A DNA stretch of 64,000 nt, from contig JANJGN010000035.1 of the NCBI GenBank assembly GCA_026770705.1, positions 7,006,001 to 7,070,000 of the forward strand, given 5' to 3'. The translations under genes were made by a program, and so were the position numbers. Position 1 is the first letter of the stretch; each line of letters begins with the position of its first letter. Under the pieces are notes generated by a model that was given only the letters and a program-made list of their open reading frames with translations, was not told where the DNA came from and did no database searches. The stretch comes from Isurus oxyrinchus (Eukaryota). Positions 27,021-39,199 of the stretch are shown in pieces.

Positions 27021-27737
27021 GTTTTGAAAGGATAGGAACACCCGCTCCAGTTCTTGCTGTCAAACCTTTTGACTGGCACATGCATTCCTGCATTTGTTCA
27101 GATGGAGTCCAGAAGCTCAGCTTAATACCCATTGTTTGAAGTTTTTGCTGTTATCAAAGTGCAGAAAAGCTGATTCACTTTAGTTGGTCCTTAATATTGT
27201 TTGAATTCTAATTCCGCTGGTTTCTATTCACTGTAACTTAAATCGTTTTCCATTAGTCTTATCTATGCTTCATTCTGGTCAGATATCTGTTATTATGGAG
27301 CACCATCGATGTTGAGGCGTTGTATCAGTTTATGAGATGGCGAGGGTGATTTAAAAAAAAATGCCTGTTATGGCTGACACCGATTCGGAGTCGTTCTTAA
27401 TGCACAACCCTGAAATGGTCAGGTAACAGAATACTTGCGCTGGAAAGAGTGCAAGTTTTAGTGCACAGGGTGAAACTTCAATAGGTAATTATCCCAAATT
27501 TCTCCTTCGAAAGAGCCTGCAATGATGATGAAAGATGTCAATACTGAGAGGCAAAAATATTTTTAAAATTAAATTGTTCATTGAACGTGCTCATCACAGT
27601 TACATTCAGCATCAAAAGGTCTAGCCTGCAGTTATTAATGGTTATTAATTATTCTTTCTCCCCCACCCCCCGCCCCAGAGTAAGAAAGCCTTCCATGTTG
27701 ATACAACCCAACTGAAATTACGAATGTGTGATCACAG

Positions 27738-28193
27738 GAAAGCACCTTTGCCGTTGTAATGAGTTGAAAAATGAAAGCATCATGTCGGATCACATCACAG
27801 ATTATCCGCAGCATCCACCAGATCACAGACAACACGACACATGTGGAGGAAACGATACAACACCGCAGGATCTTTTTCTCAAAGAAAATTGTAGTGAAGA
27901 AGAGGAGAACATAGAGAATGCATTTTGAGGTTCTGGCAGCCAGAATGGAACAGCAGGAGAAATGGTTAAGTATCGCACCACAGAAAGTGAACAAAACATT
28001 CACACCGGAAGTGAGTCAGAACCCAGTATAATTTCGAAGACTGGACCTGCCACTAACAAAGACCGTCCTGAAGATCTGAGCGGCCCATGCACTGATAGTG
28101 ACACCATCCTCACTAACATCGTGAACGAAGGTCGCATTCCACTGTTTCAAGGAGAAACACCCAATGAAAATGACAGAAGTGCAAGCTCATCAG
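27738..28193 (+). pseudogene. Exon-like polar/acidic low-complexity reading frame with one premature stop
   Basis: ORFs 27728-27928 and 27962-28225 are in the same frame, separated only by TGA 27926-27928. Acceptor cacAG at 27737; 456 nt as a phase 1-1 exon; the donor looks mutated (CTgtga). Not recognisable as a repeat. Confidence 0.5.
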
Positions 28194-28456
28194 CTGTGAT
28201 TGTTACTTTTTCTGAATTCATTTAAGAGTCAGCATTTACACTGAAACTAGCAAGCTAGGTGCCTTAGATTGTTTGTAATACTGTTGTGAATTCCAACTTA
28301 CCTGAGACTGTCTGTGTACATCTATACCAGTGATTTAAATGACCCTTTAAACATTACTTTAGTGTTGATTTTTAACGTGTTTTATCTTTGTGAAATGTAA
28401 CATTCCAGTTCCAATGCTTCTAAAGTTATCATAATACCCCGCTGAATATTATAGAT

Positions 28457-29715
28457 TGTTATGATCACCTCTCAGGTTAACCCTGGGCAAGCTTGATCCC
28501 AGTTGGAACCCAGGTGATAGGTCCTAAATTTAGGTGATGGATGGCATCTACGGAAATGAGCCATAGAGGCGGCTAATCAACTTTCAGCAAAATGATAACA
28601 CATTTATTAAAATAAAAATTATGAGTTCTCTTTCAGTATTCCTTCTTCCAAAAGCATACCTTTACTGATGTACACAGATTTAAATGATAACACAAGTTAG
28701 AAAATAATAACCTTATGATCTAATATGCATACTAAGTACACATTGAAACTAACAATAGGCACCCTGTTGTCAGACACACCACACGCTGAAACAAAGGGAG
28801 AGATGCCATCGCAACCGGATGCTATGGATCATTCGTCATTTCCTCAATGACGATTCGCACACTTTGAGTTAACTGGAGTCTCACTGTACTCCGTCTTTCA
28901 GAAGAGGGATTCCAATCTTCGCTCTTGAAGAACTCACTTTGGAAGCTTCTCCTAAACCAACAGCTTCTGACAGATGCCTGCAGCAAGGGTGCTCTACCAG
29001 GACATTGGACCCCACTTGTCATGTCCCTTTCCTCGGGGTCACCACATGGATTCAAGCAGTATTCAACACACCCTTTCTCACCGTCAGAGGCATCAAGGAC
29101 ACAACTGCTTCATATCTCTATTGTAAGGTGTTACTGACTTTTTAAAGTCTCTTTGGACATCGTTGCCTATTGCAATCTCTTTTCACTTTAATTCTGCTTT
29201 CTGCACATTTCATCTCCGTACATTAACTGTGAAACTTATCCTCTGCCCTTAATATTATCTGCAATTAAACATAAATTGTCACTCTTCCTTTGGAATCAGA
29301 AAGCGTGCTTGTGCCTTTTCCCATTTTCACACCTTTCAATTTGAATTTTTGTCTTTAGTTCCAGATTCGTTATATATCCCCTTTGCTTCAGTATCCCTAG
29401 GCAGCTACATTCAATATCATTGAAGCGAATAGCTTCCAAAAATCAATCTGTTGTTTCTAGCTGTTCTACATGTGAGAGGCACATGATTCTCTGGACTCCT
29501 CTTGCCAGCCAGTGGTCCAATTCTTCAACTCGTGTTGGCTTATTTCATCTACAACAGTTATTACAACGTAATTAGAACTGCAAGTACCTTTTGAAAGACA
29601 AGCTAAAACTCTGTCTGACCTTCCTTAACAGGCAGGTGAATAAATATTAACCAAATTAAACACACTCCTAATGACAATGCAGTACATATATAACTTAAAT
29701 AAACAATTTCTATTG
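28457..29715 (-). repeat. 3' LTR of the Gypsy element (far end approximate)
   Basis: + strand starts TGTTATGATC; shares tgatcccag..tggaaccca, caataggcaccctgt and aggcaggt blocks with 35082-36357. Confidence 0.75.
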
Positions 29716-32086
29716 ACTAAGACCATACCGTTCGGAAAAAAAGACAAGTTCACAACAACATACGTTTCTTTTCAATAACTTTACATCCGCCTGATGCAAA
29801 CTCTTGAACATAACATTCCATGAATAGTGCAATTACAAAAATTTACATAGAGAAAGTTAATAAATGCAAAAACATTAGCTGAATTTGCAGATAATTGTCA
29901 TATCATACCTCAACATTTAGTTTCATTTTGCTCTAACTTTCATTATGTAAAGCACCAAGGAATGTTTCATTTAACTCAATGTTTCAACCTTTTTTTATTC
30001 TCTCTGTAGGTATAATTCAACCCTGAGGATCATTTTCCAAACCCAAGTCTGATATATTATTTTTCTCTTTAGCAAAAGAAGAATGGCCTTTATGTGCATT
30101 TACATCTCATCTCTTCTTTTGGCAAAACCTATTTTTTTAGTTTCAACGATATTATTGTGATGCTTTTCTGCGCATACAAAACTGTTCCATATTCCTGCTT
30201 GGTTTCATCATTGAATTTTATCTGACATTGTTGTTTCTTTACGTCCCATTTTGAACAGGTTTTCTTCACATTTTTGTGCAAGGTCAATTATCTTCTACGT
30301 GTGGAGTGTCATAATTCGTTCAAATCCTTTACTTCCATTGCATAATCCACAAATTATATAATCCCGCTCTTTTTCAGGATTTGGATGGTGTTTTGCAAAT
30401 TGCCCACTTTTTTTGAATTCCAACTGCTATATTTTGTGCGTTAGCAATGGCAATCAGTTGTAAAACAATGTCTCAGTTCATTGACTTGGTGTAGCCATTT
30501 CTGAATTTTATTACTTTCTGTTTGATATTCTTGATTTCAAATCTGCATGCTTTTTAGTTGTGTTCATGTTGTCCATGACTGAGATAACGTTCTCAGTAAT
30601 TTTATTTAGATCAGTTATTAGCTCAGGTGGACCACAATTTAGCAGAGAGGTTTTATTCACAAGAACGACCTTCGAACTTTGAAACTAGATGCCACACATG
30701 TTATTAAACATTTGCTAGATTGCTTTGCGGTTCAAACATGTTATTGCCCTTTCCAAAACGAAGTTGGGATAATTGTTATTTTTTTTTTAATATGCATCCA
30801 AAAAATTATTCTCATTTACCAGCAAATCATTTTCCTCTTGAAATCATTTTGCATGTTATTTTGTTCTAACATTGGATACTTGAAGTTCGTTCGTTTTTTA
30901 CTGGTGTTTGAACATTCCTCCAACTAATTTAACACTTAGAAATTTCAAGCCATCAATCACGTCTTCTACATTCTGTGACTGCTTCTCAAATGATCTCTTC
31001 TGTTCTCTTCTTTCGTTAGCAAACTCCAATTTCATACATGGCAGTTGATTTTCTATGTTTAGTCGTTTTATCTTCAATTGCTTGCAATCATTTTTGCCCA
31101 CAATAATTTTGTGATTATGGCTAAGGTTAGCATGATGAAACACCTGATGCAACATAATCACTGCCAAAGTACTGTGTCCACCAGCAAAATCATTTCCGAG
31201 AATAAAATGCATTCATTCCTGGGGTGAGGTAGCAGCAATTCCGAACGTCACAACTGAAATACAAAGTGGCTTTACAATTTAAATTTACACAAAGGAACAG
31301 ATTCATATATTCCATTAATAAAGTTTCATAATTTTTTTCCATTCATATTCGACGTGAAACATGAATTGTATCATCAGCTCAGTTCAATGATTGATCTGCC
31401 CCTGCATCGCCGAAACATTAATTTGTTAGCTTACTTTGTTGGAGGCGTGAGGGACCACTTCTCCCTTGACACCAGCATCCCAAATCTCTAATACTCTTGA
31501 GTTTCCTTCCCAGCAGTGAAAGAATAATTCTCTGAACTATCCTAAATCATGTTCCGCTTTCCTTTATTTTCTGCATGAACACAATTTACCACTACTAACA
31601 AACATTTAACAAACTTTTCTTTTTCTGACCCATCCTTTCTGATGATTCCTAACGCTATCCTGCTACTGCAACATGTCAACTACGTAATCTCGAGCAATCT
31701 GTCCTAACTTGCCCCACCTGTTGGAATGAAAATACTTATACGTCTGAAAGTCACTGCGACCCTGATACCTTGCTTTCTAAGAAATGGCCCCGGAATTCCA
31801 AACTGCCCCTTCTCTTATCTCGCTACTTGCTGACTTTTAAACCTCCCACCTTAAATCCTTCCCGGGTGTTTGGGAATGTCAGAAAAAAGGGTTTAGAATT
31901 CTGGACCAGTTCATAGACGTCAGCCACCTTTGTTGCCTGGGTAGCTGATTTCACCTTCTAGTCTTCAACAAGGGGTCGAACGAAACGAGGAAGTGAGCCT
32001 ATACATTCTTCCAATATTTTATGTCACAAAGAACTCCATACATCTTCCAAATATTTAAAGTCCTGATACAGCAATCAAAATAACTT

Positions 32087-32949
32087 CCACTGCATTTGTT
32101 GCTCCCAACGTGGTCTCCACTACATTGTAGAGACTAACGTAAACTGGGCGACCACTTTGCAGAGCACCTGCGGTCTGTCCGCAAGAATAACCCAAACGTC
32201 CCTGTCGCTGGCCATTTTAGCACTCCACCCTGCTCTCTTGCCCACATGTCTGTCATTGGCTTCCTGCATTTTTTCCAGTGAAGCCCAACGCAAACTGGAG
32301 GAACAACACATCATCTTCCGACTAGGCACTTTACAGCCATCCAGACTGAATATTGAATTCAACAACTTTAGGTCTTGAGCTCCCTCCTCCATCCCCACAC
32401 CCTTTCTCTTTCCCCCTTCATTTTGTATTTTTTTTCAATAAATTACATAGATTTTTTCTTTTCCCACCTATTTCCATTATTTTTAAATATTTTTAAATCT
32501 TTTATGCTCCCCCCACCCCCAGTAGAGCTATACCTTGAATACCCTAACATCCATTTTTAATTAGCACAATCGTTTAGATAATATCACCAACTTTACCTAT
32601 GTGTTCTTTTGTTCTATTGTGAGTGACTTTTTTGATGATCTGCTTCTATCACTGCTTGTTTGTCCCTACATCCACACNNNNNNNNNNNNNNNNNNNNNNN
32701 NNNNNNNNNNNNNNNNNNNNNNNNNNNNNNNNNNNNNNNNNNNNNNNNNNNNNNNNNNNNNNNNNNNNNNNNNNNNNNNNNNNNNNNNNNNNNNNNNNNN
32801 NNNNNNNNNNGCTTATATTGTAACTCTATCTTGGACTCACTCAATTTCTGTCGAAGGTTCATGAGGACATGAAACGTCAACACTTTTGTTCTCCGCCGAT
32901 GCTGCCAGACCAGCTGAGTTTTTCCAGGTAATTCTGTTTTTGTTTTGTG
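32087..32949 (+). mobile_element. Penelope-like element (GIY-YIG domain plus terminal repeat) inserted into Gypsy gag, 13-bp TSD
   Basis: HCICCSQRGLHYIVET.RKLGDHFAEHLRSV...SSEAQRKLEEQHIIFRLGTLQPSRLNIEFNNF; ATCAAAATAACTT occurs at both 32074-32086 and 32950-32962. Confidence 0.92.
32678..32810. other. Assembly gap (133 N)
   Basis: Run of N inside the Penelope 3' region. Confidence 1.
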
Positions 32950-33243
32950 ATCAAAATAACTTTGCCTGTTCCCCTCAAAGACAATGTGTTTCTACCCAGG
33001 TTCTTTCCTTATGTTGTGAAACTTCTGCCAGAATGCTTCAAGGTCTAACTCATATGCATTCATCACAGCCATTTTCAGTGCATTATAATCCACCTACTGC
33101 TCATCTGAAAATTAAGCATAAACCTCGTGTGCTCTATAAGAGTAATGTCACGATTTATTCTGGCTTCTTAGTTTGCCTGGCTACCTTCTCAATCGAAATA
33201 AATAATGCCATGTAATCCCTTTCAACAAACTTTACGAGAGCTT

Positions 33244-34297
33244 AGAAATATTGAAACAGATGAAGCAGGAGCAGGAGTAGGCAATTTGGACCTTCGAGTC
33301 TGCTACGCCATTCTATAATATCATGGCTGATCCTCCATTGCAACGCCATGTTTCCAGTTTCTCCCAATTCTCTTGCTGCCTACAAACATCTCAAATAATG
33401 TACTTTCTATTGAATGTACTCAGTGAGCCCCCGGCCTGCACAGCCTTCTGCGGCACAAAATTTGAAAGGCTTTCCACTGACTAAGTGAAGACATTTGTCC
33501 TCACCTCAGTACTAAATGGCATTCACGATATTCTGTGACTGTGGTCCCTGGTTCTAGACTGCCAGACAGAGGAAACATCATCCCTGCATCCAGTCTTTCT
33601 AAAATCCAGTCTATTGGAGTTTAATACATTTCAATCAGGTCCCTTCTAAATTTTATGAACCCGACTGAATAGAGGTCCGGTCGAACCAATCTCTCCTTTA
33701 TGACAGCACTGCCATCCCGACATCAGCTTAATGAAAATTCTTTGCATTACCTCTATAGCAAGCGCATCCTTTCTTCTTCAGAAAGTCCAAAAGTGCATGC
33801 AATACTCCAGGTGTGGTCGCACTAATGCACTGTATAATGGGAGCAAAACATTTGTTTGCCTTTCCAATTGCTTGCCTCACCTGCCTGTTTTCTTCCATTG
33901 ACTGGTGCACGAGGACACCCATATCATTTTGAAGAACCACATTTCCCAATATATCACCACTTAACCAATATTCAGCCTTTCTGTTTTGTCACACGAAGCG
34001 TCTAACTTCAGATTTATCTACGTTGTACTGCATTTCCCAGGTGTTTGTCCACGGACCCCCTCAAGGCACCTTGTATCGTTCTCAGAACTCACAACCCCGC
34101 CCAGTTTTGTGTCGGCAGCAAACTTGAAAATATTACATTTCGCTCCCTCCAATTCTCATCCCTTGCCAAAATATTTCCCCCTTTAATAAAATCCAGTAGC
34201 GTCTGATGTGCGACATTGACAAAAGCCTTCTTGAAATCTAAATGCACAAAATCTAGTGGAACTCCCATACCGATTATACTATTTGCACCCTCAAACC
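33244..34297 (-). mobile_element. CR1 LINE 3' fragment inserted into Gypsy gag
   Basis: Tail gcaggagcaggagtaggcaatttggaccttcgagtctgctacgccattc; IFKFAADTKLGG at about 34095-34135; AGCTT flanks both sides (33239-33243 and 34298-34302). Confidence 0.88.
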
Positions 34298-35062
34298 AGC
34301 TTGCACAACCTTAAGCAACTCACGAAGAAGTTTCTGGTTGCAGATTTTTTCATCATCAGAGGTTGCCTCAGAATCTGAGAAGTTTTGTTCAGGTCCAGCT
34401 TTTTAAGCTGATATTGACTTTGCCATTGCTTCTTGCTTTCCTGCATTGCTAACTTCCCTGTCTGGACGTCGAGGCTTTGCATTTCCTATTTTGTTAGAAA
34501 TACTTTCTCTTTTTCCTTTTCCTTTTCCTTTAGCCTCTTGCCTTTCCAATTTCAATTATTTTTATTTTAATTTTGCCTCTAGTTCATTTTTTTTCTGTTT
34601 CCTTGCTTGAGCAAGATAACGCGTATTCATTTGCAACTGACACTTTAATTATCTCCCGATATGACATGCCCCCCTTCCCCGGGAAACGTGGTCTCCCTAC
34701 TATCCCTTCCAGTTTATAGTGCTGTGCGATTATTTTAACTAAGTCCACTTTCATTGCACGTTCACGTCATTCTAACTCCAATTTATCAATAAATCCCATT
34801 ACCTCGCCCATGGTTAATGTCTGAAAACCAGTCAGAGTTACATCCTTCTACTGAAAAGAAAGCTTCCACAACTTCCAAGATGCATAATATACCTCACAAC
34901 CACTCCAATTCCTATGTCTAGTAGTTGATTACAGCCATGACCCAGCATCATAAGCACTGAAAGTTCACACAGACGTTCAAGAATCTCTAGTAACGAGTGA
35001 TAATTTTAATCCTAACATATTTATTAAATCTCGTCAATTACATGCCGGCCTCTTTTCAAATA

Positions 35063-35078
35063 TCTGTTGAGCCCCCCA
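35063..35078 (-). promoter_or_regulatory. Primer-binding site, tRNA-Pro-like (degenerate)
   Basis: TGGGGGGCTCAACAGA versus canonical TGGGGGCTCGTCCGGGAT, located 3 nt from the LTR end. Confidence 0.65.
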
Positions 35079-35081
35079 CTT

Positions 35082-36357
35082 TCTAACGATCGCAGCTGAG
35101 ATTACGGCTGGACCAGCCTGATCCCAGAATGGAACCCAAATTCATAAATCATAAATTGCAATGTAGCTACTGAACAGAGTCAAAGGAGGCAGCTCATTAA
35201 AGTTTAACAAAAGGCTAAATCATACATTAAAATAGTAAATATTAGCTACATTACAATTTTCCTTCACGGACAACTATACCTTTCCAGAAATATACCGATT
35301 TGTAAGTGTAACACAAATATCAAAGGCTATCTAACACTAGAATTTCCACAGTGGCTCACAGTACATGATCCAATAGGCACCCTGTGTTCAGACGCAGATA
35401 CCAGTTGACAGATGCCACTTCAGCCATCTGCTTTGGTTCTCTCATCAATTCCTCCCAGACGCTTGCTACACCATGAGCCCAGTTACCTCACTACACTTCA
35501 TCTAATACACAAGGGATTCCAATGTACATTGTTGAACAATTCTCTTTGGAATCATCTCGTGAACTGATACTTTCTAAAACACCATCTGCAAGTGTTCACG
35601 TCCAGCATTTTGAATTCTCCTTCCGATGTTCATTACCTCTGGTTCACAACATGTTTTATAATTGTCCTCCACGCACAAGCAGTCGTTGTCTCAGCCACAA
35701 ACATTCCCACTGCTTCATCTATCAATACCCAAAAGTTACAGGCCTTCCAAAGTCGAATTCAATATTAACTCTTGTAAGCTGCTCTCGATTTAAACCTGAT
35801 TTTTGAAGCTTTTGTTTCTTTCAATCTGAATCCCAGGGCCCTTCTCCCTACCCCTCACTCTTAAATTCCCTTAAAATGATCTTATTTCCTGGTTGCTGTC
35901 TTTCTTTTTGACTAGAAGACATATTTGTAGCTTCCGCTTCTTCCACTCCCCTGGATTTTGGGGCATCGTCTTTAGCTTGGATCTGGTATTCTGCTCATTT
36001 TACTCCAGTATCTGCCAGTATCACTTTCAAAACAAACTGATCTGAAACTACTTTCAAAATCAAACTGCTTTTTCCAGCTTTTCCGTGTGCCTTTGGGTGG
36101 GGCCTGCTTCCCTGGACACCTGCTGTAAAGCAACAACCCTCTTCTTCCGCTTTTGCTTGTTAACTATAGCTGCAATAGTCGTAGAAAACTCATTAGAAAA
36201 ACAGGCATCTTTGTAAAGTGAAACTGATGTTCAATTTGACATTTCTTAAAAGGCAGGTACTGAAATTCTAATCAAACTAAAACATCAAAGCTAAACCTCA
36301 TTCCTTACATCCCAAAACTTGAAAGATAACATACTTAAGCTGTCTCTTTTTCTGAAT
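35082..36357 (-). repeat. 5' LTR of the Gypsy element (far end approximate)
   Basis: Collinear similarity to 28457-29715; on the minus strand it is followed by TGGGGGGCTCAAC. Confidence 0.75.
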
Positions 36358-37329
36358 AATTGCACATTTTATTTGTTACAGTGATATAACGTATGATATA
36401 TTTTTAAACAAAACTACTTAGTGAATATCGTTATGGAGGCAGGATAACATGCATAACATCAAACAAAATTACACTTCCAACAATTGATTTATGTCAGCTG
36501 TTGGCTAGCTGCTTCTCCATTAGCACTAGAGTATCTGTGCTTGACATTATTGTGCCTCCAGCTCTAAAAATGTTTAACTCTTGCTTTTTTATGCACATAA
36601 TTACTGTCGTAGAATAAAGGGACGCCGGATAATATGCATAATCAGTTAAATGTCCAACTCATTAGATTAGTTCAGAAGCCATTCGCATTCAATGCAATCT
36701 CAGTAAATATAGAGATTGTATTTTTTCTTGGTTTCCACATGTGATAAACGGGCTGACTTCTATAGTGCATGTAAATTCACGTGGTAAGTTGTCAATGTCA
36801 CTTCCTACAATCAGATATGGCAGCAACTGAGGCCCACGCATGTCTTCTGCAGCTTGCAAATATTCAATCTCTGCTGGGCAGTGTAAGCAATGAGCAAATA
36901 CTTTCAGGGAAATACGTATCAAAACGAGATTTTGTAAATCCATGGCTGGACATATCTGGAAATTGCTTGTGCAATTTTTTTGCTCTTTTTCTTAATAAAC
37001 ATATAAACAATCATGATTGGGAAGAAGGAAACGACGCTATCAGTGATGAATTTATACTGAAAATGAAACTACCGTTTGCTAACCATCTCTAAGTTTACGA
37101 TGTTGTGAAGGTTTTTAAAGACTATATGTAGAGGGGAAGTCTCCTTTTGTAGAAGAGGCTGATTGTTAATGCCAAACATAATTAAAATGCGCCAATCAGG
37201 AGAAATGTCTTAACTGGAAAATTGGACATCATGAAGAACTTTGTTCGACCACTGAAAGTTAAGGCAAATAGCTTCGATGCATTTCAAAGTAAGCAGCTTA
37301 AAGGGAACTTATAACACTGCACATAAACT

Positions 37330-38200
37330 GATAATTGGAGGGATTTGTAGGATTGTGTTCCAGTGATGAAGGAATGATGATGCATCCGCAAGTTTTGGTG
37401 GTGCATCTCAAGGAGAGTAGGGCGCAAGTGGAAGTAATTCGATCGGCCTACGTTTCTTGCCTTGCTAGGCATTATGTATCATTTGTTTGGAATATGTTGT
37501 TTGAGAACACTGGGCGAGTTGCTCCTGTATGCCTTGAAGATATACAGCTGCATCGTCATTGTAGCCCGTGAAGAAAGTGATGAATGTTACTTTGATGGGT
37601 GTTTTTTTTTCTAATAGAAAGTGAGGTGCTTTATTTTGATTTGTTTTGACTGTCTTGAATATTGCATAAGCTGCAATCATCCAAACAAATTTGAGCATTA
37701 AACCTCATTCCTGACTTGTGCCTTTTCGATAATGGAAATAATTTGGTGTATCAGTGCATGATGTATTTACTACAAATCTGTTCTTGAAGCTACTTTATTT
37801 AACTGGCGATTCTAGTCTGGTTACATTGATGATGCCAAGGATGCTGATTCTGTGGGACTCAAAGATGGCAATGTTGTTGAATTGCAAAACAGGATCTGAT
37901 GAGTACATGTTCGTGAATTGGCCTTAGAACGAATGAAAATTCTTTGAGAAATCTATTTTGATCATCGATGATCAGATTATTCATGAGTAAGTGGCGTTTA
38001 AAAAATCTGTTTGGACATCTTCCATCACTTTCCTAATAATTGAGCGCACAATGAATGGGCAGAAGTTGTCCGGGTTGGTTTTCTTCACTTTTTCTAAATT
38101 CTGTTTTGATTATAGCTGGGCATTTTTTCTTACTTTGGCAGCTACAGCCCTATTTATTGCTGTTTTCAAACATTTTGACAAGAAACGCGGTTTGTTCTGA
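37330..38200 (-). mobile_element. Decayed CR1/L2-group LINE fragment
   Basis: Same family as 2197-3125; minus-strand YIFKAYRSNSPSVLKQH and YRKGTSQE remnants. Confidence 0.65.
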
Positions 38201-39199
38201 GGCATAAGCCACCTTGACGATAGCTGGGAATTTGTTGAATTTAACAATCTTTTTACGTGTTCAGTTTTCTCAACCGTTATGTTTATATATATTTTTTTTT
38301 TGTTAGACTGTACTCAATTGGCAACAATGTTTGCACTCAGGATTTCGTCCCACTATTTTTGAAGATAAGCATATTCATGGAGCTTCTTCCTCATATCAAA
38401 GCGTTTTTGTTTTGTTCATGAACGTTGATGTCTGGATGTGGAAGAGTTACATAGTTTCAGTTTAATCTCTTGGTTGAAGATTCATCTGGTTCTCTCGGTG
38501 GCTTTCAGTTTTCACTCTGATGGGAATCCATTTGATGATGATCCATTTCGATTTATTCATTCCGAGTTTTCATATTTCATGTTGGTGTAAAATTTGCGAG
38601 CTGGTAGGCCCATACAACAGCAGGCCATTTAATTTCCCTTAATACCTTTTAATTATCCAACGTGACAGAAGTATCAATCAGGGAATCAACCAGCTCTTTC
38701 AACAGTGAGCCACTTTTGCTATTAACAATGACTGTACTTTGTCGAATAAAATCTAAGCCTCACTATTAGTTCTAAGTGGCATTCACCTTAGACCAATTCT
38801 GATTCACCAGTCCATCGAGGCTGGAACACTGTAATTAGTAGGACGTGGTCTTTCCAGCTCTTAACATATTTCGGGTGAATGTCTGAGTTCCGCATTCAGT
38901 GTATAGCACTTGCTGGGTCATTCCAGCGAGACGCTGATATGGTGGAAGTTTGCCCAAGGGATGTTGTTGCAGCGAAAAAAAGGAAATTTTAATTAATTCA
39001 CAAAAAGACCATAGAATAATCTGACTGATATTGGCATCCATCAGACAAGTGAATGTGATTGATTCCCTAATACGGTCTCAGTGCATTTATTGGGAAGTTG
39101 AGTTAGGGATTGCAACATTGCAGAGGTATTACATGACATGCAATGTGTGGTCTCACAGGATTTTCAAAAATGAAGGACTTTTTCTTGAAAATTGTTGAT

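Larger units (their letters stand above)
28457..36357 (-). mobile_element. Decayed Gmr1-like Gypsy LTR retrotransposon with nested insertions, lacking recognisable RT/IN
   Basis: Two related LTRs of about 1.25 kb and a PBS-Pro-like site. gag: coiled coil 34400-34620; KFVERDYMALFISIEKVARQ...RAHEVYA...AYELDLEAFWQKFHNIRKEPG 32965-33235; ILEECIGSLPRFVRPLVED*KVKSATQATKVADVYEL 31900-32020. Protease: GDAGADQSL about 31390-31415; ESVPLCKFKL; HFILGNDFAGG 31180-31212. Confidence 0.88.

Noticed and set aside
32601-32883. Four overlapping ORFs containing X runs
   Set aside because: Artefacts of the 133-N gap.
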